A DNA stretch of 64,000 nucleotides from Acidobacteriota bacterium (GCA_013285705.1 JABDHA010000005.1:25325-89324), one strand, 5' to 3'; numbered from the stretch's first letter, positions 46,849 to 57,586 are shown. Notes: generated by a model from the sequence alone, not told the origin. Program-made: numbers and translations.

Positions 46849-47415
46849 ATGCTATCGAATCTGTGGACATGGCTTTACTGGGGATGGGTTGTCTCGGAAG
46901 TGGGAATCGCAGTCGCGACGCGCACCCGGCGAAGCGACGGGAACGTCCAGGACCGGGGATCGCAACTGCTTCTGTGGGTCGTGATTCTGGCTTCGATCAC
47001 TGCATGTGAATCGATTCGGTATACCGTGCGGGCGGCTATGTTTGGCAGAGCGCACTGGCTGGTGCTGGCGAGCGTTGCGGTACTGGTGCTGGGACTTGCG
47101 ATTCGGTGGACAGCCATTCTCACTCTGGGAAAATCTTTCAGCGCGAATGTGGCCATTCGGGATGCGCAGAGGGTGCACAAAGCAGGTCTCTACCGCTTTG
47201 TGCGGCATCCTTCCTACCTTGGCCTGATGCTGGTATTTCTGGCCATCGGGCTGCATGCGCGCAACTGGATCAGTCTGGCACTCGTACTTGTCCCGACATT
47301 CTTAGCGTTGTCCTACAGAATTCATGTGGAAGAAGGCGCGTTGAGCGAAGCCTTCGGCGAGGAGTATGCCGCATACCGCAGAGGCACCAAGCGCCTTGTT
47401 CCCGGCGTGTTCTGA
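46849..47415 (+). CDS. Isoprenylcysteine carboxyl methyltransferase (ICMT/Ste14) family protein
   Basis: GLYRFVRHPSYLG and RIHVEEGALSEAFGEEY..Y. Confidence 0.9.
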   Translation: MLSNLWTWLYWGWVVSEVGIAVATRTRRSDGNVQDRGSQLLLWVVILASITACESIRYTVRAAMFGRAHWLVLASVAVLVLGLAIRWTAILTLGKSFSANVAIRDAQRVHKAGLYRFVRHPSYLGLMLVFLAIGLHARNWISLALVLVPTFLALSYRIHVEEGALSEAFGEEYAAYRRGTKRLVPGVF

Positions 47416-47466
47416 TTCGACCCATACAGCAACCGCGAAAAGGTAGCGGCAGCCGATCAGCGTCGC

Positions 47467-48786
47467 TTACTGCTTCGGAAAATACTTCGGCTGCGCATCA
47501 GCGGCCCAGGGATCGTAGTGCTTGGAGAAGGCGGCGCGAAACCAGATGGGCGGATGCGAGCCGGTCCAGAATTCGACCAGTGGCGATGGGGTGGGGTCAT
47601 CCAGGCTCTCCCCGCCCAGGAGATCGAAAGCGGCCTGCCCGGTTGCCTGCGGATTGGGCACGATGCCGTGAATAACCTCCTGCCCGAAGACGTCGGCGGC
47701 ATGCTCCTGCGTGCGCGTATAAGCGTTCTGAATGGGCTCGCCGAAGAAGCCGATGACGCTGAGAACCAGGACAAAGACAACAAACGCGGCCCAGTCATTC
47801 TGCGAGGCAATGCCCCATTTCGTGCCGAAGCGCCGCAGCAAAAACTGGAAGAAGTGGAATCCGATATAGAACGAGACGAGGATGAAGACAAACGAGAACA
47901 CGATGCCGCGGAAGATGTGTCCTAGAACGTAGTGGCCCATCTCGTGGCCGAAGATGAAGAGGATTTCATCGGACGTGCCCTTGGCGATCGACGTATCCCA
48001 GACGACGACCCGCTTTGAGGCTCCGAAGCCGGTGACATAAGCGTTGAGCGTCGTGACCTTGTCCGACGCCTTCATCAGGAACATGCGCTCGGGAGGAATC
48101 TCGATGCCCTTGCCGCGAGCGACGACCTGCTCAAGCTGCGCAACCAGCGCGGGGTTCGATTTGCTGAGCGGCTCGAATTTATTGAAGAGCGGATCGATGA
48201 TGTAGGGGCTGGCAAACACGGCCAGAAGAACGAAGGCCATGGTGGGAAACCAGAGCCACAGCCACCAGCGGCGCGGAAACTTGCGAATCAGGAAGAAGAG
48301 CAGCATCACGCCCAGTCCACCGAAGACGAAGGAGAGCCCGAAGGCTTTACCCTGATCGCCAAGCCAGCTGCCCCAGTGCTGCACGCTCAATCCGTAGCCC
48401 CTGCGAATGTGCTGCTCATACAAATCCAGCGGAAGACTCAGCAGTGTCGTAAGCAGCATGAACTCGAAAAAGAAGGTGAATCCCTGCGCCCACCGATTCT
48501 TGGATAGATTGACGGCGACGTTGCGCATACGGGCCGCGATGCCGAGCTGGAGGATGAGAACGAGCACAATGATGCCCCAAAGCGTGCCGCCGAACCCCAA
48601 TATGGTCCCGATGCGAGAAAGCGCCTCGGCCTTGGCGAGTTTGTCAGGCGGCAGCGTGTACGCAGAGTGATCGTTTTGAGCAGCGGAAATCGCTGCAGCC
48701 TCGGTGGGGGTGGTCGCAGCGCGGGCAGCGACCGAAACGAGAGGCAAAAAACCAAAAATCAGCAATAAGACGGCGCGAAGTCGCAT
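47467..48786 (-). CDS. M48 zinc metallopeptidase (Ste24-like)
   Basis: PLFNKFEPL, NAYVTGFGASKRVVVWDT, HEMGH, EHAAD and SHPP. Confidence 0.93.
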   Translation of the reverse strand: MRLRAVLLLIFGFLPLVSVAARAATTPTEAAAISAAQNDHSAYTLPPDKLAKAEALSRIGTILGFGGTLWGIIVLVLILQLGIAARMRNVAVNLSKNRWAQGFTFFFEFMLLTTLLSLPLDLYEQHIRRGYGLSVQHWGSWLGDQGKAFGLSFVFGGLGVMLLFFLIRKFPRRWWLWLWFPTMAFVLLAVFASPYIIDPLFNKFEPLSKSNPALVAQLEQVVARGKGIEIPPERMFLMKASDKVTTLNAYVTGFGASKRVVVWDTSIAKGTSDEILFIFGHEMGHYVLGHIFRGIVFSFVFILVSFYIGFHFFQFLLRRFGTKWGIASQNDWAAFVVFVLVLSVIGFFGEPIQNAYTRTQEHAADVFGQEVIHGIVPNPQATGQAAFDLLGGESLDDPTPSPLVEFWTGSHPPIWFRAAFSKHYDPWAADAQPKYFPKQ

Positions 48787-48944
48787 CAGATTCCTTTGTC
48801 TTGCGCGATTGGGAATTGCGTCCCAGTGTGCCTGAATCAAGGGCGCCGATGCAATCGGATTGTAGATGGCAGCTTCTTTGGAATCTTGGGGATCAAACTC
48901 ACCTGAAACCGCTCCGGTCTGTCTCCTGCTACTATGATCACGCG

Positions 48945-49916
48945 ATGCTGAGCTGTCCCCCGCTCAAGGGCTTTAAGACGACTATCGTAGCCGCGCTGCT
49001 ATTCACCCTGCTGCCCGCCGCGCTCGCCCAAGACTCTTTCACGCAGGATGCACAGCATTTCGACTACGACGCAAATGCTGCGCTGGATGTGAAAGAACTC
49101 TCCGTACAGAACCGCAACGGCGTAAGCATTCACGATCTCACCTACGCCAGTCCAAAAGGCGGAACGGTGCCCGCTTACCTCGTCGTGCCTAAGGGCGACG
49201 GCAAATTCGCCGCCATCATCTGGGGCCACTGGATGATGCCTCATTCCCCGACTGCGAATCGGCAGGAATTTCTGGAAGAAGCCATAGCACTCGCTCCAAC
49301 TGGAGTTGTGTCTCTGTTGATCGACACTCCCCAGGTGCGTGAGGGGTTCAAGCAAAGTCCATATCCTTCCATACTTGCGCAACAAGTCGTCGATCTGCGC
49401 CGCGGCGTGGACCTGCTTCTGTCTCGCCCCGATGTCGATCCGAAACGAATTGCTTATGTCGGCCACAGCTTCGATTCAGGTGCCGGCGCCATTCTGGACG
49501 CGGTGGACAAGCGTTTTGCAGCCTTTGTTTTCATGAGCGGCCCACAATCGGACCGGGAACTGATTCTCTCGTCTGACTCGCCCCGTATGATTGCACTGCG
49601 CAAATCCCAGCCTGCCGACAAGATCGAGCAAATGCTGCAAGCCTCAGCATGGGCCGATTCCGCTGCCTATGCCAAGCATCTTGGGCCTGCACCTGCGTTA
49701 TTCCAATATGGTTTGCACGACGAGGAGTGGGTTCCCCTTCAGGACGCGAAAGACTACTTCGCCATGAGCTCCGGTCCGAAAGAAGTCAAGTATTATGACT
49801 CCGATCATGCTCTCAACGCGGAGGCGCGCCGCGACCGGGTCACATTTCTGCGCGAGCATCTTGCGTTACGCGCGTTGCCCCCTGGAATGTTGGAGAGCCT
49901 TCCGCTAACGAAGTAG
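48945..49916 (+). CDS. Secreted alpha/beta hydrolase
   Basis: VPAYLVVPKG, DLRRGVDLL.RPDVDPKRIAYVGHSFD and a C-terminal DH. Confidence 0.8.
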   Translation: MLSCPPLKGFKTTIVAALLFTLLPAALAQDSFTQDAQHFDYDANAALDVKELSVQNRNGVSIHDLTYASPKGGTVPAYLVVPKGDGKFAAIIWGHWMMPHSPTANRQEFLEEAIALAPTGVVSLLIDTPQVREGFKQSPYPSILAQQVVDLRRGVDLLLSRPDVDPKRIAYVGHSFDSGAGAILDAVDKRFAAFVFMSGPQSDRELILSSDSPRMIALRKSQPADKIEQMLQASAWADSAAYAKHLGPAPALFQYGLHDEEWVPLQDAKDYFAMSSGPKEVKYYDSDHALNAEARRDRVTFLREHLALRALPPGMLESLPLTK

Positions 49917-50024
49917 GCGCGAGCGCAAGATCATGCCTTGAGGAATCCTCGCTCCCCCGACATGACAAGCCACGGCGCGCTGCTTACAATCGTCTTTCAG
50001 CCTTCATTTCCAAGGAGTACGGTT

Positions 50025-51608
50025 TTGAGCAGCAAGAAACAGGTGCGGCGCGCCCTTCTGAGCGTCACCGATAAGAGCGGTCTGGTTGAATTTGCCACAG
50101 AGTTAACGAAGCATGGCGTCGAGCTTGTCTCTACCGGAGGCACGGCGAAAGCTCTGCGCGAAGCCAGGCTTGCCGTGCGCGATATCTCCGAGCTGACCGG
50201 CTTTCCCGAGATGCTCGATGGCCGCGTGAAGACGCTCCATCCCAAGGTGCATGGCGGCATCTTGCACATCCGCGAAAACGCGCAGCACGTGGCCGCAGTG
50301 AAAGAGCACGGCATCGAGCCAATCGACATGGTCGTGGTCAATCTTTACGCCTTCGAGAAGACGGCTGCACGTCCCGGCGCGAAGTTTGCCGAGGTCATCG
50401 AGAACATCGATATTGGCGGCCCTTCGATGGTGCGCTCAGCAGCCAAAAATTTTGAAGACGTGGCCATCGTCACGTCGCCCGCCGATTACCCTGCTCTCGC
50501 AGAAGAGCTGTCGGCGAATCAAAGCACGTTGAGCCGCGACACCCGTTGGAAACTGGCGAAGAAGGCTTTTGCTGTCACCGCCGCCTATGACACAGCCATC
50601 GCGAATACACTCGAACAGATCTGGTCGCCCGAGCCTGCCGAGGCCACGGTACAGTTCGCGGATCCCGCAACAGCCGCGTTTCCCGATGCTCTACGCATCA
50701 ACTATCCGCTGGCCATGAGCCTGCGCTATGGCGAGAATCCGCATCAGAAAGCGGCTCTTTACGCGGATGGCTCCGGCAAAGGCATTGCAGGCGCAAAGCA
50801 GCTGCAGGGCAAAGAGCTGAGCTACAACAACCTCGTTGATCTGGACGCCTGCTGGGATCTGGCGCAGGAATTCGACGATCCTGGCGTGGCCATCATCAAG
50901 CACACCAACCCCTGCGGCGCAGCGACCGGCGCGACAATTCTTGAGGCCTACCAGAAAGCCCTGGCCGCCGACCCCATTTCAGCCTTCGGCGGCGTCATCG
51001 GCATCAATCGCGAAGTAGACGAGGCGGCAGCCGAAGAGATCGCCAAGCTCTTTGTGGAGGCGATTGCCGCTCCGTCCTTTACCGACGGCGCGAAGGCACG
51101 CTTTGCAGCGAAGAAGAATTTGCGACTGGTCGAGGTGAAGACGGCACAAACCATGCGCGTGGCCAAGCAGGTTTCAGGCGGCATGCTCTTGCAGGATGCG
51201 GACCATGGCCATGTCACTGCTTCTGAGCTAAAGACTGTCACCGAGCGCCAACCTACGGAAGATGAGCTGGCGGCGCTGCTCTTTGCCTGGCGCGTCTCAA
51301 AGCATGTGAAATCGAATGCGATCGTCTATGCCCGGAACGGACAGACCATCGGCGTGGGCGCAGGGCAGATGAGCCGCGTGGATGCGGCCAAATTCGGCGC
51401 TATGAAAGCGGTTTTGCCGCTCGATGGCTGCGTGGCTGCTTCTGACGCTTTCTTCCCCTTCCCCGACGGCCTGGAAACGGTCGTCGCTGCCGGAGCTACC
51501 GCGGTGATCCAGCCCGGCGGATCTGTGAATGACGACAAAGTGATTGCCGCCGCGAACCGGTTGGGTATCGCTATGGTTTTCACAGGGATGCGGCACTTCA
51601 GGCACTGA
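50025..51608 (+). CDS. purH: Bifunctional AICAR transformylase/IMP cyclohydrolase
   Basis: [36 protein letters not shown] and SDAFFPF. TTG start after AGGAG. Confidence 0.98.
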   Translation: MSSKKQVRRALLSVTDKSGLVEFATELTKHGVELVSTGGTAKALREARLAVRDISELTGFPEMLDGRVKTLHPKVHGGILHIRENAQHVAAVKEHGIEPIDMVVVNLYAFEKTAARPGAKFAEVIENIDIGGPSMVRSAAKNFEDVAIVTSPADYPALAEELSANQSTLSRDTRWKLAKKAFAVTAAYDTAIANTLEQIWSPEPAEATVQFADPATAAFPDALRINYPLAMSLRYGENPHQKAALYADGSGKGIAGAKQLQGKELSYNNLVDLDACWDLAQEFDDPGVAIIKHTNPCGAATGATILEAYQKALAADPISAFGGVIGINREVDEAAAEEIAKLFVEAIAAPSFTDGAKARFAAKKNLRLVEVKTAQTMRVAKQVSGGMLLQDADHGHVTASELKTVTERQPTEDELAALLFAWRVSKHVKSNAIVYARNGQTIGVGAGQMSRVDAAKFGAMKAVLPLDGCVAASDAFFPFPDGLETVVAAGATAVIQPGGSVNDDKVIAAANRLGIAMVFTGMRHFRH

Positions 51609-51609
51609 A

Positions 51610-51640
51610 ACACGGCACACGGCACACGGCACACGGCACA
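51610..51640. repeat. Heptamer tandem repeat (ACACGGC)x4
   Basis: Four exact copies directly after the purH stop. Confidence 0.9.
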
Positions 51641-51715
51641 GAAAAGGCTAGCTTTCTCTTTTACTTTCCCGCTGCTCTTTCTTTCGTGGGATTGCTGTGG
51701 CCCTATGGCCAAAAC

Positions 51716-51767
51716 CTGAAACCTGAGCCCCGACGACTGTGCCCTGAGCCCTAAGCCCTGCGCCCTG
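51716..51767. repeat. Degenerate heptamer tandem repeat (consensus CTGAGCC), ~7 units
   Basis: ctgaaac ctgagcc ccgacga ctgtgcc ctgagcc ctaagcc ctgcgcc ctg. Confidence 0.75.
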
Positions 51768-51858
51768 TCCCATTGAATCCCCTTCCGGTTTACAATCGTC
51801 TTAGTAGTTACGAGACGCTGTTCCCCGCCATTGAGGGCAGCATCCAAATATTAGGCCG

Positions 51859-54075
51859 ATGTTGCATGAAGCGCGGCTGCCCAATGCTCCAAAGCCACTG
51901 GCAGGGGTTTTTTCCTTGAAGACAAATCGCAAGGTTCTTTTCGCACACGGCAATCGTCTCCTCACCATTGCTACCCTGGCTCTGGCGGCAAGCTGCTCGC
52001 AACACTCTTTCGCGCAGAACAACACTCCGCAACCTGCCGCACCGGCTGCTTCGCCAAGCGACGCCTCTGCAACAACATCCGCATCGCAGCAAGCCAATCG
52101 CGCATCGGCTTATTATCACTACGCGCTGGCGCACAGTTATGAGGAGATGGCCACAACCTACGGCCGTCCGGAATACGCGACGCGTGCGATTGAGGAATAC
52201 AAACTCGCGCTGAATGCCGATCCCGAATCGTCTTATCTCAACTCGCACCTGGCGGAGCTTTATTTCCAGACAGGCCGCGTGCGCGATGCTATTTCCGCCG
52301 CGCAGGACCAGATCAAGAAGGACCCCAACAACCTCGATGCGCACAAACTGCTGGGCCGGATCTATCTCCGGTCGCTGGGCAACATGCAGAATGGCGAACC
52401 GTCTGACCAGATGCTGAAACTGGCCATCGACGAATACGTCAACATTGTGCGCCTGGAACCGGACAGCACAGAAAACCGCCTGCTGCTCGGTCGTCTTTAC
52501 ACGCTGAATCACGATTCCGCCCACGCGGAAGAACAGTTCAAAGCAGCGCAGAAGATCGATCCCGACTCCGAAGATGTTGTGCTCAACATCGCAGGACTTT
52601 ACAGCGAGCAGGGCGACAACAAGCGCGCCGTACAGGTGCTGACTGCACTGCCCGACGACGATCAGACAGCAAAAACGCTGTACGCCCTTGGCCAGACCTA
52701 CGACCAGATGAAGGACACCAAGAACGCTTTGGCCGCCTATCAAAAGGCCATGGATCTCGAGCCGGACAATCTCGATGTGGAGCGTGCTCTTGCGCAGGCG
52801 CAGCTTACCGATGGGCAGGATGACGCCGCGCTGAAATCCTTCAAAGACGTAGCCGCGGGCGATCCGAGCGATGCCCAGTCGCTGCTGCGCATTGCCGAGA
52901 TTGAACGCCGTCAGGGCAAATATGACGACGCTCTGGCAACGCTGAAAAAAGCCAAAGACCTTGTCTCAGACTCCCTGGAAATCAACTTCAACGAAGCGCT
53001 GACCTACGACGCGCTGGGGCAATACGAGCAGTCAACACAGATTCTGGAGAAGCTGGTCACCGACTCCGAGCATGTAACCGGTCAATACACTGACGGCGAA
53101 AAGAACAACCGCGCCATCTTCCTCGATCGGCTGGCGAACGTCTATCGCGAACAGGAAAAGACGGACCAGGCCGTCGCCACCTATCAGAAAATGTCCGACA
53201 TGGGCGGCGAATATGTGCTGCGCGGCTACCAGAACATCGTAGATGTCTACCGCGATGCGCACCAATACGAGAAGGCCACGCAGGCTTCGCGCGATGCCGT
53301 CACCAAACTCGCAAAGGATAAGGACAGCGGGCGCGACGCGAAGCTGATGCTCGCCCTGCAACTCGTGGACACGGGCAAGCCCGATGAAGGCATCGCCTTA
53401 GCCAAGGGCATGCTCAACGGTTCTGCCGACGACCGTTCCGTCGATCTGCGGCTGGCAGAAATTTACACGCGCCTTAAAAGGTGGAAGGAAGCCGATGAGG
53501 CCATCGACAAAGCGGACGCGCTTTCTACCAAGTCGGATGACAAGGTCTACATCTACTTCCTGCGCGGCACGCTCGAAGAACGCCAGAAGCACTTCGACGA
53601 GGCTGAGGTGCAGTTCCGTAAGCTGCTCGATCTCGATCCGAACAACGCGCTCACACTCAACTACCTCGGCTATATGCTGGCCGATCGCGGCGTGCGCCTG
53701 AACGAGGCGCTGACCATGATCAAGAAAGCCGTACAGTTCGATCCGCAGAACTACGCCTACCTTGATTCGCTGGGCTGGGCCTACTACAAGATGGGCCAGT
53801 ACACTCTCGCTGAAGAGAACCTGACGAGAGCCGTGGCGCGCAACAGCACCGATCCCACCGTGCATGACCATCTCGGCGAAGTGTACGAAAAGACGAACCG
53901 TCTGAAGCTGGCTGCAGCGCAGTGGGAGCAGTCGCTCAATCAATATGCCCGCACGGTTCAGGCGGATGCCGATCCTGGCGACGTAAGCAAGGTCCAGAAG
54001 AAACTCGACAGCGCACGAGTTCGTCTTGCCAAGGAATCGTCCGGCGCACTGGTCGACGGCAACAAACAGCCGTAA
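51859..54075 (+). CDS. Periplasmic multi-TPR protein
   Basis: Signal-like segment, many TPRs, LNYLGYMLAD, AYLDSLGWAYY and HDHLGEVY. The start is uncertain. Confidence 0.9.
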   Translation: MLHEARLPNAPKPLAGVFSLKTNRKVLFAHGNRLLTIATLALAASCSQHSFAQNNTPQPAAPAASPSDASATTSASQQANRASAYYHYALAHSYEEMATTYGRPEYATRAIEEYKLALNADPESSYLNSHLAELYFQTGRVRDAISAAQDQIKKDPNNLDAHKLLGRIYLRSLGNMQNGEPSDQMLKLAIDEYVNIVRLEPDSTENRLLLGRLYTLNHDSAHAEEQFKAAQKIDPDSEDVVLNIAGLYSEQGDNKRAVQVLTALPDDDQTAKTLYALGQTYDQMKDTKNALAAYQKAMDLEPDNLDVERALAQAQLTDGQDDAALKSFKDVAAGDPSDAQSLLRIAEIERRQGKYDDALATLKKAKDLVSDSLEINFNEALTYDALGQYEQSTQILEKLVTDSEHVTGQYTDGEKNNRAIFLDRLANVYREQEKTDQAVATYQKMSDMGGEYVLRGYQNIVDVYRDAHQYEKATQASRDAVTKLAKDKDSGRDAKLMLALQLVDTGKPDEGIALAKGMLNGSADDRSVDLRLAEIYTRLKRWKEADEAIDKADALSTKSDDKVYIYFLRGTLEERQKHFDEAEVQFRKLLDLDPNNALTLNYLGYMLADRGVRLNEALTMIKKAVQFDPQNYAYLDSLGWAYYKMGQYTLAEENLTRAVARNSTDPTVHDHLGEVYEKTNRLKLAAAQWEQSLNQYARTVQADADPGDVSKVQKKLDSARVRLAKESSGALVDGNKQP

Positions 54076-54084
54076 ACAGCGCCT

Positions 54085-55218
54085 ATGCTACTTCCGACAG
54101 GCTGCGCAGTCTCTGACGCCGCAAGCGATCCGCTTGCGGTGCGCGTCTTTCCGGAGCCACCGCATCCCTACCGCTCCCCGTTTCAACGCGATCTCGGCCG
54201 CATCATCCACGCGCGCGCCTTTCGCCGTCTTGCAGGCAAAACGCAGGTCTTCACCCATCGTTATTCCGACCATTTCCGCAGCCGGCTGACGCACACCATG
54301 GAGGTCGCGCAGATAGCGCGCACCGTGGCCGTCACGCTCGGCCTCAACGAAGACCTCACCGAAGCGCTGGCCCTGGTGCATGACATTGGCCATCCGCCCT
54401 TCGGCCATGCGGGTGAGCGCGCATTGGACGACGCATTGCGGCATCACGGCTTGCGCTTCGATCACAATCTGCATGCTCTGCGCATCGTCGAGCACTTCGA
54501 GCTGCGCTATGCCGCGTTTCGCGGGCTTAACTTAACGCTGGCTCTGCGCGAAGGCATCATCAAGCACTCGCGCGATTATTCCGCTGCCGAACACCCTGAG
54601 TTGAGCGAGTACCTTCTCGACCTGCGGCCGCCGCTCGAGGCGCAGATCATCGATCTCGCCGACGAGATCGCCTATCTTACCGCTGACTTCGATGACGGCA
54701 TGGAAGCCGAGATCCTCGACCTCGATGAGATTCGCAAACATGTGCGCATCTTCGAGCACTTCTTCGTGCCCATGCAGGCGGAGTATCCTGACGCTCCATC
54801 GAAGCTGGTCTTCAACGAAGCGCTGAAGCGTGTGCTCAATGCACTGGTCAATGATCTGATTGCCGAGACAGGCAGACAGGTAAAAGCAGCAGGCGTCACC
54901 ACTCTTGACGACATTCGCAATGCTCCGCATCGTCTTGCCGCTTTTTCGCCGGAGATGGAAGAGCTGCGTCTCGAAGCCAAGCGCTATCTCTACGCCAATC
55001 TTTACAACTGCGAAGAGCTTGCCCGTGATCACGAGGCAGCTGCACGCGTGATTGCAGAGCTGTTTCGAGCGTGGACGGTTGATCCATCGCTGTTGCCGTC
55101 GAGCTACGCATCGCGTGTGCAGGAGGAAGGCGCGCCGCGCGTCGCCGCCGACTACATCGCAGGCATGACGGACAACTTCATCATGACGCAGTACGAGGAA
55201 TTTCAAAACAAGCTCTGA
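54085..55218 (+). CDS. dgt: dGTP triphosphohydrolase (HD domain)
   Basis: FRRLAGKTQV, RLTHTMEV, HDIGHPPFGHAGE and DYIAGMTD. Confidence 0.95.
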   Translation: MLLPTGCAVSDAASDPLAVRVFPEPPHPYRSPFQRDLGRIIHARAFRRLAGKTQVFTHRYSDHFRSRLTHTMEVAQIARTVAVTLGLNEDLTEALALVHDIGHPPFGHAGERALDDALRHHGLRFDHNLHALRIVEHFELRYAAFRGLNLTLALREGIIKHSRDYSAAEHPELSEYLLDLRPPLEAQIIDLADEIAYLTADFDDGMEAEILDLDEIRKHVRIFEHFFVPMQAEYPDAPSKLVFNEALKRVLNALVNDLIAETGRQVKAAGVTTLDDIRNAPHRLAAFSPEMEELRLEAKRYLYANLYNCEELARDHEAAARVIAELFRAWTVDPSLLPSSYASRVQEEGAPRVAADYIAGMTDNFIMTQYEEFQNKL

Positions 55219-55407
55219 AACAGCACGCGGCAGCATGATTTCCGCTTGCTTACGTTTGTGTGTGAGGCGTATGGTACAACCCGTCCCAGGAATGGAAGCG
55301 TAAATCCTACGAAGCGCTGTTGCTGTTGCCACTGTGAGGCTGATTTCTCCCTCACGCTCGGCATTCTTGGTCCTGAAACTCAATTTGTAAGGACTGGAGC
55401 AACACCC

Positions 55408-56238
55408 ATGAAAAAACTTGTAGGACTCTCTTTAGGGTCATATCTTCTCCTATGCAGCCTGGCCGCAGCATCTGCGCAACAAAATCCAGAGCAAAGGAAG
55501 CCTCCGAAAGTTCTGGTTGTCATGCGCGAGTTCGTCAAACCTGGCAAATCCGGCAGCCTGCATGAAAAAAGCGAAAGCGCGTTTGTACAGGCGATGACCG
55601 CCGTCAAATGGCCAACGCATTACTTCGCGGCGGACTCGCTCTCCGGCCAGTCGCGATCCCTGTTCTTCGTCGGCTACGATTCCCTCGAAGCATGGGAGAA
55701 GGACAATCTGGCGACACAGGCCAACTCTACCCTCGCCTCTGCCCTGGACAACGCTGCCATTGCGGACGGCGATCTGCTGACCGAATATGATACGAACGTC
55801 GCCGTCTATCGAGACGACCTCAGTTTTGGGGCCGCGGTAAATATCGCGCAGATGCGCTACTTTGAGATCTCCCGCTTCGTCGTCCGTCCCGGTCATGAGA
55901 AGGAGTGGGAGGCCTTGGTCAAGGAGTACATCAGCGGCTACTCAAAGGCCGTTCCCGATGCGCACTGGGCCATTTTTGAGAGCGTGTACGGTCAGGATAA
56001 CGGCGGCGTCTTCCTCCTCTTCAACCCCATGAAATCTTTGGCCGAAGCTGATCGCTCCTTCGCTGACTCAAAGAAATTTGCCACTGCCATGGGAGAAAGC
56101 GAGATGAAGAAGGTGGCAGATATGTCGGCGTCCTGCATCGAGTCGACCCAAACGAACCTGTTCATCTTCAATCCGAAGATGAGCTATCCGGACGACGCGT
56201 GGGTTAAATCTGACCCTGCTTTCTGGGCCCCAAAATGA
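55408..56238 (+). CDS. Secreted hypothetical protein with two NIPSNAP/ferredoxin-like repeats
   Basis: GGAG RBS, signal peptide, and an internal duplication (EFVKPGKS..YRDDLSF / FVVRPGHE..FNPKMSY). Confidence 0.75.
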   Translation: MKKLVGLSLGSYLLLCSLAAASAQQNPEQRKPPKVLVVMREFVKPGKSGSLHEKSESAFVQAMTAVKWPTHYFAADSLSGQSRSLFFVGYDSLEAWEKDNLATQANSTLASALDNAAIADGDLLTEYDTNVAVYRDDLSFGAAVNIAQMRYFEISRFVVRPGHEKEWEALVKEYISGYSKAVPDAHWAIFESVYGQDNGGVFLLFNPMKSLAEADRSFADSKKFATAMGESEMKKVADMSASCIESTQTNLFIFNPKMSYPDDAWVKSDPAFWAPK

Positions 56239-56417
56239 CGGCCCCATCCGAAGCAGAGATGCGGTAAAGAAAGGAACATGAATCATGCTGGCGTTGGGCC
56301 CAGATGAAACTTTCGGACACCCAACGCCAGGCATGTGTTGCTGCATCGGTCAAAGTAGCAAGCGGACTAGCCGCCTTCCACATCATCCTTCTTTGATCCG
56401 ACATAGCAGATGGCAGA

Positions 56418-57440
56418 TTACCGGTGGCCACCACCACCGCCGCCACCACTGAATCCGCCGCCGTGAAATCCACCGCCGCCGAATCCACCGCCACCACCGT
56501 GGCTGAACCCGCCCGCTGTATGTCCGCTCAACGCTGCAGAGTGACTGTATCCACCCGCGTATCCACCACGACCATAGAATCCGCCACGGCCAAAACGCCC
56601 GCTTCCGTAGATAAAGCCACCGCCATAGAGGTAATACGGGGAGTAGAAGCCAAAGCCGAACGGGCTCCACAAGAAGCCGTCGCCTGGAAGCCAGGTGTAA
56701 CCGTAAAGGCCCGCATCCCAGAACCAGCCAGGATAAAAACCCGGAGCGCCGGCATAGCTCGACGCAAGGTCAAGATTGGCCTCACCTAAATACTGCGAAC
56801 GGAGACTGCTCCAGTTATAGAGATCGTCGTTCTCGGCGGCATTCTTGTCGAAACCCTGGGGCTTGGCAGCATCGCCGGTCAGGACAAGTTGATGTCCGCC
56901 TTTGACCACAACGGCCTTTTCATTGCTCGAAGGATTATTGTTTGGAGGATTATTGTCCGGACGATTGTTGTCAGAAAACACGGCTGCTTTACCGTCGAAA
57001 ACGCGCATCGTGTTGGCATCGGCGTCGAAGTTGTACAGACCTGCCTTCAGCAGCAACGTTTGATCGCCGTTTTGTGTGATCACTAGATGGTTCTGTTTGT
57101 AAAGCTGATCTACCTCGACAGAAGCTCTTCCATGGTCGAGTTCAACCTCGGTGTTGGTCAGGTTGGGGGAGATCATTTTAAGCGCGCTGTTGTCGTCGAG
57201 ACGGACATAGACACCGGGAGTGAGCAGAATCTCCACTTTACCTTCCGCTGTCGTCAGAGTTTGACCTGGATTTAATTCGGCAGTGCCCACAGAGCGGGCG
57301 GAAAGTGGTTGGCCGCCGATCGAGGCACTGCCTTCCACGTAATTGAGAGTCCCTGGGCGGGCTGGGTTTGTGCTTTGCCCGAAAGCTGACACAGACAGAG
57401 TCGCCAGGGCTAGCAAGAAAAGAATTCGTTGCCTTGGCAT
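56418..57440 (-). CDS. FecR-domain secreted protein with an aromatic/Gly-rich tail
   Basis: GTLNYVEG, TAEGKVEILLTPG..RLDDNS, LYNWS..RS.YL, a W/Y/P-rich segment and a GGF-repeat C-terminus. Confidence 0.85.
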   Translation of the reverse strand: MPRQRILFLLALATLSVSAFGQSTNPARPGTLNYVEGSASIGGQPLSARSVGTAELNPGQTLTTAEGKVEILLTPGVYVRLDDNSALKMISPNLTNTEVELDHGRASVEVDQLYKQNHLVITQNGDQTLLLKAGLYNFDADANTMRVFDGKAAVFSDNNRPDNNPPNNNPSSNEKAVVVKGGHQLVLTGDAAKPQGFDKNAAENDDLYNWSSLRSQYLGEANLDLASSYAGAPGFYPGWFWDAGLYGYTWLPGDGFLWSPFGFGFYSPYYLYGGGFIYGSGRFGRGGFYGRGGYAGGYSHSAALSGHTAGGFSHGGGGGFGGGGFHGGGFSGGGGGGGHR

Positions 57441-57586
57441 TTTTGGAACCTCTGTTGTTTTAGATGTGTCGTAATTCAAAACGACACAAGCGCCAGCCGC
57501 TTCTGCAGCCATCGGCGAGCGAAACTCCTTGACGTCATCAACATCGGCACACCATGAGATTCAAGGGAAAGATCTGCCTCAGCGCT

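Noticed and set aside
51808-52743. 311-aa minus-strand ORF, and similar long antisense ORFs at 54532, 37895, 33568 and 63163
   Set aside because: They lie antisense to well-supported genes, as expected in GC-rich coding DNA.
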